Shown piece by piece: positions 1 to 8,904 of a DNA stretch of 64,000 nucleotides. Under the pieces are notes generated by a model that saw nothing but the letters and a program-made list of their open reading frames with translations, made no database searches and had not been told where the DNA came from. The translations under genes and the position numbers were made by a program. This DNA comes from an uncultured Methanosarcinales archaeon. Its GTDB lineage: Archaea > Nanobdellota > Nanobdellia > Woesearchaeales > CAYZNE01. Numbering within the stretch: the stretch's first letter is position 1; each line of letters opens with the position of its first letter. The DNA is taken from contig CAYONI010000002.1 in assembly GCA_964405295.1 (NCBI GenBank), forward strand, positions 59,133-123,132, in the 5' to 3' direction.

Positions 1-3
1 AAG

Positions 4-192
4 ATGGGTCAACAAGAGGTTTTTGCTTTTTTACAAACAAATAAGGGTAAATGGTTTACTAGTAGAGATATTGCTGAGGCATTAAGTATATCTATAGGTA
101 GTGTAACTATGAGCTTGAAGAAACTAAGAAAAGCAAATATAATTAAGTTCAAGAATACAGGTGTTAGAAATACCTATAAATATAAGTTGTAG
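4..192 (+). CDS. small winged-helix DNA-binding protein (hypothetical)
   Basis: 62 aa ORF with an HTH-like segment (TSRDIAEALSISIGSV); near the window edge, so the start is uncertain. Confidence 0.35.
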   Translation: MGQQEVFAFLQTNKGKWFTSRDIAEALSISIGSVTMSLKKLRKANIIKFKNTGVRNTYKYKL

Positions 193-300
193 CTTTATTC
201 AATATTGAATAATTGAGTTCTTTTTTTTTTTATTAAATTCTTTTTCTAAAAAATATTTAATTTATAGAAGTAATAAAATTAAAAAAGAAAAATAAAAAAA

Positions 301-1353
301 CTAATAATCTTTAATTATTATTGTTTTGTCAATGAATTGCCCAAAAGAATATTCTAAGTCAACATATAATGCTGTGACATAATCTTGTGTTGCATCATCT
401 GATTCTAGTGTACATGTAATTGGTCTTGGTTGTCCGCCAGAATTAATTGATATGTACCCTTCATTGTTGCCGCCGAATTCAGCACATTGTATTTCTTCTC
501 CGCCTTCTGGAAGTTCTACTATAACATATACTTTGTCTTTTTCTTGACTTGCAGGTGAGTCATCACAAACCTTGTCATTATTGGTTATAAGATCAGGATT
601 TATTTTCCTAAAAACTGTTCCTTCTTCATTAACTCTTGCTATATTAATAGTTAAAGAAAGTTTTCCATTTCCTATTGCGGTTTGGCCAATACTAATTACA
701 TGAACTGGGGCTGCACTGTTGCTTGTCTCCTTTACCCCATATGGCTCGCAAATCTTTTTCTTACTTTGTACATCTGCAATAACACAAATATTTGTAGAAG
801 ATTTTGTTTTGTAATTGTAACACATCTCAACTCCTAATGTTAATTCTGTATTTCCTTGTGCGTCATGCATATACGTTAATGTTGGAAACTGGGTACTTGC
901 AATTCCTCCTTGTAATTCTGTTCCATCAGCAGGATTTTTCTTGTAAGGCATTAAAGTTATTCCTTCTGCTTCAAAATCAATGATTGTTTCATCTGTAGTT
1001 AGTCCATAAGAACTTGCTTTTATTCCTCTTAAAGTTAATCTTCCAAAGTCTTCAAAGTCATCATTTGGTTCGTAGGTTTCATCAAATACTCCATGTTCAC
1101 CTTTATTTTTTAGCATTAGTCCTACTGCAAAGGGCATTGTTCCTTGATCAAAAATTTCCATAGGAGGTTGTCCCTCTTGGAACTCCATTGTTAATCCTTC
1201 TGTTCCTCCAATATATGGGTTTTTAGTTATACTTGTTTGATTTCCACAACCAGATAATAATAGTGCAGCAATAACAATCATGATTAAAAATAAGTTTTTG
1301 GTTTTATTCATCTTTAATGAATGATCAAAAAAGTTTTTTTTGGTTTTATTCAT
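301..1353 (-). CDS. secreted lipoprotein-like hypothetical protein
   Basis: N-terminal signal peptide with lipobox LLLSGC. The first 14 codons are a tandem duplicate of the true start region (MNKTK..), so the real start is probably the second Met. Confidence 0.5.
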   Translation of the reverse strand: MNKTKKNFFDHSLKMNKTKNLFLIMIVIAALLLSGCGNQTSITKNPYIGGTEGLTMEFQEGQPPMEIFDQGTMPFAVGLMLKNKGEHGVFDETYEPNDDFEDFGRLTLRGIKASSYGLTTDETIIDFEAEGITLMPYKKNPADGTELQGGIASTQFPTLTYMHDAQGNTELTLGVEMCYNYKTKSSTNICVIADVQSKKKICEPYGVKETSNSAAPVHVISIGQTAIGNGKLSLTINIARVNEEGTVFRKINPDLITNNDKVCDDSPASQEKDKVYVIVELPEGGEEIQCAEFGGNNEGYISINSGGQPRPITCTLESDDATQDYVTALYVDLEYSFGQFIDKTIIIKDY

Positions 1354-1370
1354 TTTATTAAATCCTCCAA

Positions 1371-2720
1371 TTAAATTTTCTTAAATAATATTGAATCAGT
1401 TTCTGTTTCTTGATATCCATACCAGAATTCTATAACTAATGGTGTTTGATAAGCTGTTTGTAGATTTTGGTATTGAACATTATATGTGCATGTAATTATT
1501 CCTTCTCCTGTGTCTTCATCTAGCCTAATAATTCCGTTTGAAGGGCTGCACTCTAATCTTTGGTTTTCAAGATTTACTAAAAATCCTTGAACAACATTCT
1601 CGTGATTTTGCATCAATGGTCCTGTATAGTAAGGGCTGCATCTTGCAATGTGCCCCCAATCTATTACTGTTCCATCACCAATGTTTTTCACGTGAATTGT
1701 AAACCTTACTCTTCTTTTGTCTCCTTCTTGTTCAATTTTTGTGACTGCAACAGGTGCTCCTTGACTAGTTAGTCGTATTGTTCCAGGTGTACAAGTTTTT
1801 CTTTGCTGACTTTCAGGCATTGGATCAATACATACCATTGGTGCAGTATATGTCGCATAACCATAGCAGTTTGTTAACATTAATGGTAGCTTATATTCTT
1901 CTCCTCCTGGTGGCCAGTATTTCATATCAACATGATAATCAATATATTCCATTCCTCCTCCTGGGAAGTATGAGTTGTCTGCAGGTAGTAAGTATTCTTT
2001 TCCAAAGTAAGTTTCAAAGTTAATTGATTCGGCCATTGCAATTGATAGTCCTGCTCCATGATATAATAAGTTAAGATCTAATCCTGTTAGGTTGTCAAAG
2101 TTAAATCCAAATCCTAATATATTATTATTTTCACCACCTAAACTTAAGTCTAAATTGTCAACCCAAGTTGGTGCATCCCAGATTCCCAATTGTCCTAGTA
2201 AGCTTCCTATATTGTTTATATTTGTCGTCCAGAAACCTTCATCTCTAGTGTATTCAAATGAAGAACCATTCATGAATGCACATGATAACAAGCCATTCCA
2301 AGTGTGTAATTCATTGAAGTTGCCAAAACTTGTTATGTCAACTACGCAGTCTCCGCCGGTTTGCCTTTGAAGATCTTGTCCGCTTACTTGTAAAAAACTT
2401 GGCCCGTACCCTGAGATAAATGTTGCACCTCTTGATAGACTTGTTCCTCTATTGTGAACTTTTACAGTAAAGTCAAAAACATTTTCACTTGCACTTCCAC
2501 CTTCGCTGTACCAAACTGTTTTTGGAAGGTTGCTAAATTCTGCTTCAACTCCAACTTTTCCTGTGTAGTATTTTGAACTTGTTCCTTGAACACCAGAATT
2601 TTCTTCTTGATTTGGCAAAAAGCATCCTGATAACATAAAAGAAACCGCTATAAAAAGAATGATGATTAATGTTAGTTTTTTTGAATTCATAATTATCCAC
2701 CTATTATAAGTGATATTCAT
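1371..2720 (-). CDS. secreted lipoprotein-like hypothetical protein
   Basis: Signal peptide ending in lipobox FMLSGC; Gly/Asn-rich. Adjacent to and co-oriented with the previous lipoprotein gene. Confidence 0.5.
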   Translation of the reverse strand: MNITYNRWIIMNSKKLTLIIILFIAVSFMLSGCFLPNQEENSGVQGTSSKYYTGKVGVEAEFSNLPKTVWYSEGGSASENVFDFTVKVHNRGTSLSRGATFISGYGPSFLQVSGQDLQRQTGGDCVVDITSFGNFNELHTWNGLLSCAFMNGSSFEYTRDEGFWTTNINNIGSLLGQLGIWDAPTWVDNLDLSLGGENNNILGFGFNFDNLTGLDLNLLYHGAGLSIAMAESINFETYFGKEYLLPADNSYFPGGGMEYIDYHVDMKYWPPGGEEYKLPLMLTNCYGYATYTAPMVCIDPMPESQQRKTCTPGTIRLTSQGAPVAVTKIEQEGDKRRVRFTIHVKNIGDGTVIDWGHIARCSPYYTGPLMQNHENVVQGFLVNLENQRLECSPSNGIIRLDEDTGEGIITCTYNVQYQNLQTAYQTPLVIEFWYGYQETETDSILFKKI

Positions 2721-2860
2721 CTTTATATTTTATAAACTTTACTAATGATTTTAGCTTTGAAACTTTTTCCTTGATTTTATTAATATTTGTCACTTTCTAG
2801 TAGTTAATAAACGAAAGATTTATAAATTAGTAGTATTTTTTACTACTTTATGGTGATACT

Positions 2861-2998
2861 TTGAAGCATAAGTTAAGTATTTCAGTGGATGAAGAAACAG
2901 TAATTTCTATAATGGAAGCCATGCGAAAAGGTAAATTTCGTAATAAATCACATGCATTCGAGTATGCAGTAAAACAAGTTCTGCGAGGTGATTTATAG
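2861..2998 (+). CDS. ribbon-helix-helix (CopG/Arc-like) small DNA-binding protein
   Basis: 45-aa ORF not in the supplied track (TTG start at 2861 or GTG at 2885). Sequence MKHKLSISVDEETVISIMEAMRKGKFRNKSHAFEYAVKQVLRGDL has a beta-strand plus two helices typical of RHH. Its stop TAG overlaps the GTG start of the kinase ORF (TAGTG). Confidence 0.45.
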   Translation: MKHKLSISVDEETVISIMEAMRKGKFRNKSHAFEYAVKQVLRGDL

Positions 2999-5028
2999 TG
3001 AGTCCGCCAGCTGAACCTGCAAGAAAACTTGAAGAAAGGGTTAATTTTAATGTGTCTGAAGATTTTCAATCTGATAAAATTTTAACTGCTGAAGAGGTTG
3101 CTTTAATTGAGAAAGAAAAGTATATTCTTGGTGAATATGTTAATTCAGGTAATACAAGGGATGTTTTTAGAGCTATTTTTGTGAAAAACGGATTACGTTT
3201 ACCAAGAGTTATTAAAATTGCTAAAAGAAAAAAGGATATTAATCTTGATTCTGTTTGCACTTTGATGAATCTTTCACGACTACCCGAAGGCAATCCTAAT
3301 GTTAACGAATTAGAGGCGCAAAACTCTATTGGTGATCATCCACATATTGCTTCTGTTACTGATAGTTTTTATGTTAATGAAAGGCATGTTGTTGTAGAAG
3401 AGTATGGTGATGGGCCGGATATACAAAGGGATGTTGAAAAAAGGCTAAAAGTTAATGATCTTTATTCTAAAGAAAAATTTATGGATATTTTTAACCAATG
3501 TCTTGATTTAATGAAGGATATGTATTCTGGTCAGGACTATAGATTACATAGAGATATTAAGCCAAGTAATATTATTATTAACAAACTTGGAAGAGTTGTG
3601 TTTACTGATTTTCAAAATGCTAAAAAAGGAGATAATATTGAATTCCAACTTTGGCCTACTAGAGGGGGAACACCTTATACTTCGCCTGATTTACTTAACT
3701 CTTTGTTTACTGGTGAAGAAGCTCATGCTTCAAGGCAAACAGAATTTTACGCTTTAGCTAATACTATGTATTTTGCTTTAACAGGTAAAGAAGCATTTAA
3801 TTATAAAATTAAATTTGATCCTGCTAATGGTAATCCTTTGGAAATAGGTGATAAAACATTTAAGGTCTCTCTTTTTGATGGTGAGAATAAGGTTGATGAA
3901 ATAACATCTGAGATACATCGATCTAATAAGAAGAAAGCTCTTAAAAAATTATCTAAGTATTATCAAAAGTTATTTTCTAAGGCACTTTCATTTGATGATA
4001 CTTTTTTGGATGTTGATGAATTTAGAGAAGAGTTGAAGCAAACTGATAAGCGTTATAAATTTAATTTAGCTGTAAAAAAATATACTAAACCTGCACTTTG
4101 GATTTTGGGTTTGGGGATACCTTTATATTTGGTTCTTAAATTTGCAACGCCTGTTGAATTAAAAGAATATGATTATTCTCCAACACTTAATGATTTGTTA
4201 AGAACTAAAACAAGGATTGTTAGTGAAGTTAATGTTGGTCCACAGGTAATTGCAGGGGGGATCCATATTCCTCTTGATATGGCTACTGATTTAAAACCAT
4301 ATTTAGAAGATGTAAAAAAAGCTTTGATTGATCCTAAATTCATTGAATATTCTAAATTATCTGATTTTATTTCCTCTAGGTCTATCCCAAATGTTAATAT
4401 TGGAAATGAGTTGAATGCAATAATATTTTCTGCTTATAATTTTAGTCAGAAAAAGAAAGTTAATTTGTTTGGTTTTAAAAGAAGTAAAAATTTTTTAGTT
4501 CCTATTGATTTTGTTAAGGCTCGTTTATACAGGGAAAATAATGGAGATAACATGCACTTAAATATGCAATTATATAAGGAACTTAATGATAATAGAATGG
4601 AAATTGTAAATGTAAAAGATTATTTGGTTATGTCTACAAACTTTATAGATTTAAAAGATGGATTTTTAAGGGTTGAAGATGTTTTTGCGAAATATTTTTG
4701 TAGTGATGAAGAAATAATGTTCGCAAAACAAAGATCAGATAATCAAAATTATTTTCCTGTTTTTAAAGAAAACGAAGATGATAAAACTACCAGTCGTTAT
4801 GATGGTTATTCAACTCATCTTCCTTCAAAGAAAAAAGAATTAATTAACCGTGCTCTTGCTTTTTATCTTACTGTTGATGATGAGGGGAATTATAAACAAC
4901 TTATTGAACCTGATTCAACAAAGGTTTATGATTATACTGTTAAAGAAACTCAGAAAAAATCTATGGATGCACAATTTTATGCAGCGGATAATAATCTCAG
5001 AAGAAAGCTGGGAATAAGAAAATTTTAA
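2998..5028 (+). CDS. membrane-anchored Hanks-type Ser/Thr protein kinase-like protein with C-terminal extracytoplasmic domain
   Basis: Gly-rich loop LGEYVNSGNTRDVF, catalytic loop HRDIKPSNIIIN, DFQ in place of DFG, and TPYTSPD (APE-like). A single TM helix (PALWILGLGIPLYLVLKF) around residue 365 is followed by a ~290 aa domain. GTG start. Confidence 0.6.
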   Translation: MSPPAEPARKLEERVNFNVSEDFQSDKILTAEEVALIEKEKYILGEYVNSGNTRDVFRAIFVKNGLRLPRVIKIAKRKKDINLDSVCTLMNLSRLPEGNPNVNELEAQNSIGDHPHIASVTDSFYVNERHVVVEEYGDGPDIQRDVEKRLKVNDLYSKEKFMDIFNQCLDLMKDMYSGQDYRLHRDIKPSNIIINKLGRVVFTDFQNAKKGDNIEFQLWPTRGGTPYTSPDLLNSLFTGEEAHASRQTEFYALANTMYFALTGKEAFNYKIKFDPANGNPLEIGDKTFKVSLFDGENKVDEITSEIHRSNKKKALKKLSKYYQKLFSKALSFDDTFLDVDEFREELKQTDKRYKFNLAVKKYTKPALWILGLGIPLYLVLKFATPVELKEYDYSPTLNDLLRTKTRIVSEVNVGPQVIAGGIHIPLDMATDLKPYLEDVKKALIDPKFIEYSKLSDFISSRSIPNVNIGNELNAIIFSAYNFSQKKKVNLFGFKRSKNFLVPIDFVKARLYRENNGDNMHLNMQLYKELNDNRMEIVNVKDYLVMSTNFIDLKDGFLRVEDVFAKYFCSDEEIMFAKQRSDNQNYFPVFKENEDDKTTSRYDGYSTHLPSKKKELINRALAFYLTVDDEGNYKQLIEPDSTKVYDYTVKETQKKSMDAQFYAADNNLRRKLGIRKF

Positions 5029-5924
5029 ATTAAAATTCCAATTAAGGGGCTAGTTGCAAGATAATATTTTCTTACAGATGAAGCAAGTCTATGTATAATC
5101 ATATAATCTTTTGTTTCTTTAAATAAAGCTTCTGTCTTTTTGTGAATTAAATCTTTTTCTAAAGCGTGTATTTCTTCAAGAATACTAATATCTTTTTTAG
5201 AATATGCTTTAATTATATCTCTAAGTATTTTTTCTACTTCCTCTACAAATAGAATTATTTTTTTGTTTGAAGCAAAGTTGTTTTTATCAAGCCATTTATT
5301 TATCATAAAAAATTCTCTTTGAGCGTGTATCATAAGAGTTAAGAATGTCCAGAACAATTGGCTATTTCTTTGAAATCTTCTCTTTGTTATTGTTCTTCTA
5401 CAGAAATTATCATATTGTTTTATTCTTTCTTCTACTTCATTATAGTCTTCTTCTATTTCTTTTTTGTTTAATCTTTTTTTAGTTATTTTAATAAGTTCTA
5501 AAGAGTTATAAAATACTTTTTGTAGTAGTACATCAAATTGTCCTGATGAAGGTTCTGTAATACTTTCAATTATGCAAGAATTTTTTTCTTTCTTAGTTAT
5601 TTCAAAGCCCAGTAGGTGTCCTCTTACTGTGTTTCTTATCATTTTAAATTGTTTATCATCATTAAAATTAACTTTTACTTTGTCATAACCTAATCTATAT
5701 GCATTTGTGATAATAGTTCTTACTGCTGATTCAGTTGATTTTTTTATATTAAGAGTTGTTTCTGGTTGTTGCAATGATGATTTTTTTGAATATATTACTA
5801 TGTCTTCTCCAAGTTCATCTACTTCGACACAATCAGTCTCTTTTAGACCTTTTTTGTCCAGCCATTTCTTTGGTAGATAAATTGTAAATCCGCCAAGCCC
5901 TTGTTTTATTAATTTACGTTGCAT
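5025..5924 (-). CDS. AbrB/SpoVT-domain regulator with PhoU-like helical domain
   Basis: N-terminus GGFTIYLPKKWLDKKGLKETDCVEVDELGEDIVI matches a swapped-hairpin AbrB/MazE domain. The rest is helical, as in archaeal AbrB-PhoU architectures. Confidence 0.45.
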   Translation of the reverse strand: MQRKLIKQGLGGFTIYLPKKWLDKKGLKETDCVEVDELGEDIVIYSKKSSLQQPETTLNIKKSTESAVRTIITNAYRLGYDKVKVNFNDDKQFKMIRNTVRGHLLGFEITKKEKNSCIIESITEPSSGQFDVLLQKVFYNSLELIKITKKRLNKKEIEEDYNEVEERIKQYDNFCRRTITKRRFQRNSQLFWTFLTLMIHAQREFFMINKWLDKNNFASNKKIILFVEEVEKILRDIIKAYSKKDISILEEIHALEKDLIHKKTEALFKETKDYMIIHRLASSVRKYYLATSPLIGILI

Positions 5925-5971
5925 AAATGATGTAAATCATTATTAATATTTAAATGTTTCGATTCATATTA

Positions 5972-5993
5972 TTAATATTAATAATATCAGTTA
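5972..5993. repeat. 22-bp direct repeat copy 1 (TTAATATTAATAATATCAGTTA)
   Basis: Exact 22-bp match with 6832-6853; lies 35 bp upstream of ORF 6028. Confidence 0.8.
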
Positions 5994-6027
5994 GATATTA
6001 ATACTCTTACTCATTCCTATTTCTTAG

Positions 6028-6819
6028 ATGTTATCACTTAAGAGTGATTTCAAAGAGGTTAAAATGAAAGAAATAAAACAAATAAAACAAACACAAGTTG
6101 AAAATTTGGTTTCAAACACCATGTTTGCTTATACTAGTTTGTTAGATCTAGATGGTGTTCAATATGAAATGTCTGAATCTTCTGAAAAATTTAAAGGAGT
6201 GGCAAAAGCAACTTTAAACACTGCAGCAGAATTAGGAACTATTGTAGATACATTAATTGGTTTAAATTTACAAACACATAGTGTTACTACAAAGTCCATA
6301 AGAAAATCAAAAGTTTATGATGCAAATGTTAGTGACGAACAAGTAGAAGAAGATTTCAAAGCTTATAAGGTTGAAGTAGAAACAGAAAGAACAAATATAA
6401 ATCAATATTTTGATGGTGAAATAAAGCAAAAGAAATCAAGTGTTGACGAATTTAAAACAGTAATGAAAGATCTTAGAGAAGCTTATACTTCACAAGAGGT
6501 TACTAAAGTTGAAGTCGCAGTTGATGCAGTAAGAAAATCTGCAATTTGGTCAAATGAGATCCAAGTTGATTCATTGTTAGGTGCTGTTAAAAGTATGCAA
6601 ACTTTGGCTACTAAAATTTATGACGGTGGTTTTGAAGATGTGGAAGATGTTAAAAATATTTTAACTGATGCAATTGAAGATTCAAAAGTTGTTGAACAAA
6701 ATTATTTCTTGGGACTTTTCAAAGCAGGGTCTAAGATGGTTGAACCGATTGGTCAAACTTACAAGGGGTCAATAGATTCTGGGGTTATTGCAGAAGAACT
6801 TATGCGGATTAACGCATAA
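6028..6819 (+). CDS. hypothetical acidic coiled-coil protein
   Basis: 263 aa, E/K/V-rich, no recognisable motif; flanked by the 22-bp direct repeat. Confidence 0.4.
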   Translation: MLSLKSDFKEVKMKEIKQIKQTQVENLVSNTMFAYTSLLDLDGVQYEMSESSEKFKGVAKATLNTAAELGTIVDTLIGLNLQTHSVTTKSIRKSKVYDANVSDEQVEEDFKAYKVEVETERTNINQYFDGEIKQKKSSVDEFKTVMKDLREAYTSQEVTKVEVAVDAVRKSAIWSNEIQVDSLLGAVKSMQTLATKIYDGGFEDVEDVKNILTDAIEDSKVVEQNYFLGLFKAGSKMVEPIGQTYKGSIDSGVIAEELMRINA

Positions 6820-6831
6820 TTTTTTATTTTT

Positions 6832-6853
6832 TTAATATTAATAATATCAGTTA
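6832..6853. repeat. 22-bp direct repeat copy 2
   Basis: Exact match to 5972-5993; 13 bp after the stop of ORF 6028..6819. Confidence 0.8.
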
Positions 6854-7140
6854 CATCCTTATAGGCGAGAATGTTACTATTATTCAATGCTTGGGGGAGT
6901 ATTAAAAATGAATTGGTTATTAGCAATAATTGTTATACTTGCAATTCCCTTGTCGATGAAATGGAATTTTGGGTTTAAGAAAAAAGGGGAGAATAGTGTG
7001 ATGAAGTTATTAAATTAGAGATTAAAATGAAAACTAAAACACTATTAATATTTATGATTGTAGGAATTATTTTTTTGAAAGCTTTTGATTTACTTAGGCA
7101 ATTTTTTATTAGAATTAAAACTTTTTAGGAGGTTAAAAAA

Positions 7141-8121
7141 ATGAAAAAAGAATTTTTAGCATTTTTAGCATTATTATTAGGAAGTGTTACAACTTCATAT
7201 GCTTTAGAAGGTAACACAGATTTTCAATTTAATAAAGATGATAAAACAACAGAAAGAACTAATTTGAGTTTAGATAACTTTTCAGCGAACTTTACGACAA
7301 TAACTAAAGATAATAAATTAGAGCTTGTTTCATTCAAGCCTAAAATAAATGCGGATCTTTTTACAGGAAAGGCATACTTGACTATGAGATTTGACAAAAA
7401 GCTTAATGCAGATAATTTACTTCACGTTTCTCCAGGATTTGGGAAATCTGGAATATATATTGAACCTGTTTTTACAACTATCGATGAATTAGGTAATATG
7501 AAAGAGGTTGATTCTTATGCAGGTTTTAATGGAAAAATAGGTAATCAAGATTTAGAAATTGCTGGTATTTATTTAAACCCTGTTGAAGGCGATAATTTAT
7601 CTGCAGGTTATGCTGCAATTAACAATGACAAAATAGGTGCTGGTGTTGTAAAAGAGTATGATGATACTGTTGGTGTGCAATTGGCACTTAATAATGGCAA
7701 GTTTACAGAACTTATGATTGCAGATTATAATTCTGAAACAAAAAAATGGCATGGAAGAGTTTATGTTGCAGAAAATGGTTGCGGCGCTTTAACAACTAAA
7801 GGGCCTTCTAAATTTGGGGCATCAAAAATTGGATGGGATCCTAATGGGCATCCTTATTTTACTTCAACTGCAAATAAATCTTCTGATGGTTTTGCTGCAC
7901 AGTTGAAAGCTCATGGAACTTCTAATACTATTGATGGTTTACTTGCAGAGTTTGGTTATAACTTTGGAAAGTTAAGAGCTTTAATTGGTCAGAAGTTTGA
8001 TGTTAACAATGAAACTTCAACTGCATATGCAACTCTAACTTATGATTTCAAGAACGGTCTTGTTGAAGTTAAGGTTGGTGATGAAGGAGTTTTAGGTGCT
8101 TATGTTAATATGAAATATTGA
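7141..8121 (+). CDS. secreted hypothetical protein
   Basis: Signal peptide MKKEFLAFLALLLGSVTTSYA; SD-like TAGGAGGT upstream. Confidence 0.5.
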   Translation: MKKEFLAFLALLLGSVTTSYALEGNTDFQFNKDDKTTERTNLSLDNFSANFTTITKDNKLELVSFKPKINADLFTGKAYLTMRFDKKLNADNLLHVSPGFGKSGIYIEPVFTTIDELGNMKEVDSYAGFNGKIGNQDLEIAGIYLNPVEGDNLSAGYAAINNDKIGAGVVKEYDDTVGVQLALNNGKFTELMIADYNSETKKWHGRVYVAENGCGALTTKGPSKFGASKIGWDPNGHPYFTSTANKSSDGFAAQLKAHGTSNTIDGLLAEFGYNFGKLRALIGQKFDVNNETSTAYATLTYDFKNGLVEVKVGDEGVLGAYVNMKY

Positions 8122-8153
8122 TTTTTTATTTTTTTATTTTAAGGTGAATAAAA

Positions 8154-8831
8154 ATGCCATACTCAAAAAAATTATTTAATAGTTATTTGAAAGCAATTAA
8201 AAATCCTTTACCTGAATTAAAAAAAACTTTTGATTCTGAATTGAGGTTGCTTAAATTTCAAGCTAGTTTTCTTAAGAATTATCATGGTTTCTCAACAATT
8301 AATGTTCTTGATGTTGGTTGTGGTGCAGGAAGACCTACTAGAGAGCTTTCATATTTTGTTGATTCTATTATAGGCATAGATAATGATCAAAGTATTGTCA
8401 ATACTGCGAAAGATAGATGTAAATATAGAAAGAATGTTGAAATTATTAATGCTGATGCATTAGATATGCCTTTTGATGATAATTCTTTTGAGTTTGTTTA
8501 TGCAACTTATAATTTACTTGGTTCTTTAGAAAAAGAAGTTCGTTCAGATTTAGTTAGAGAAATGTTAAGAGTTACTAAACCTAAAGGTTGTATAATCAAT
8601 ATTACTTGGAATAATGATAATTCTACAACCGAATTTTTAAAAAAATACTATTCTTTAATTGGTTTAGAGATTCTAAAAAGTAATAGTAGCAGAACTGTTA
8701 CAAATGAAGGAACCTTTGAAAGATTGTCTATAAAAGAATTATGTAATATTAATATCTCTGTTGGATTAGAATTAAATTATTTAGACATAGTTAGGTCTCT
8801 TTGGCATGCCGTAGTTGGTTTTAAGCTTTAA
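8154..8831 (+). CDS. class I SAM-dependent methyltransferase
   Basis: Motif I VLDVGCGAGRPT followed by an acidic post-I residue pattern. Confidence 0.65.
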   Translation: MPYSKKLFNSYLKAIKNPLPELKKTFDSELRLLKFQASFLKNYHGFSTINVLDVGCGAGRPTRELSYFVDSIIGIDNDQSIVNTAKDRCKYRKNVEIINADALDMPFDDNSFEFVYATYNLLGSLEKEVRSDLVREMLRVTKPKGCIINITWNNDNSTTEFLKKYYSLIGLEILKSNSSRTVTNEGTFERLSIKELCNINISVGLELNYLDIVRSLWHAVVGFKL

Positions 8832-8904
8832 ACCTAAATCTTTATAAATAATATATTTGTGATTCTATTAGTAATAATCGTATATTACATTTAGGGTGTG
8901 TTAA

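Noticed and set aside
2848-3293. Minus-strand ORFs 2848..3069 and 3066..3293
   Set aside because: They overlap the RHH ORF and the kinase gene start on the opposite strand; no motifs.
7141-8121. Outer-membrane beta-barrel porin (alternating pattern, C-terminal aromatic residue)
   Set aside because: The organism is archaeal by multiple markers and has no outer membrane. It is called only a secreted protein.
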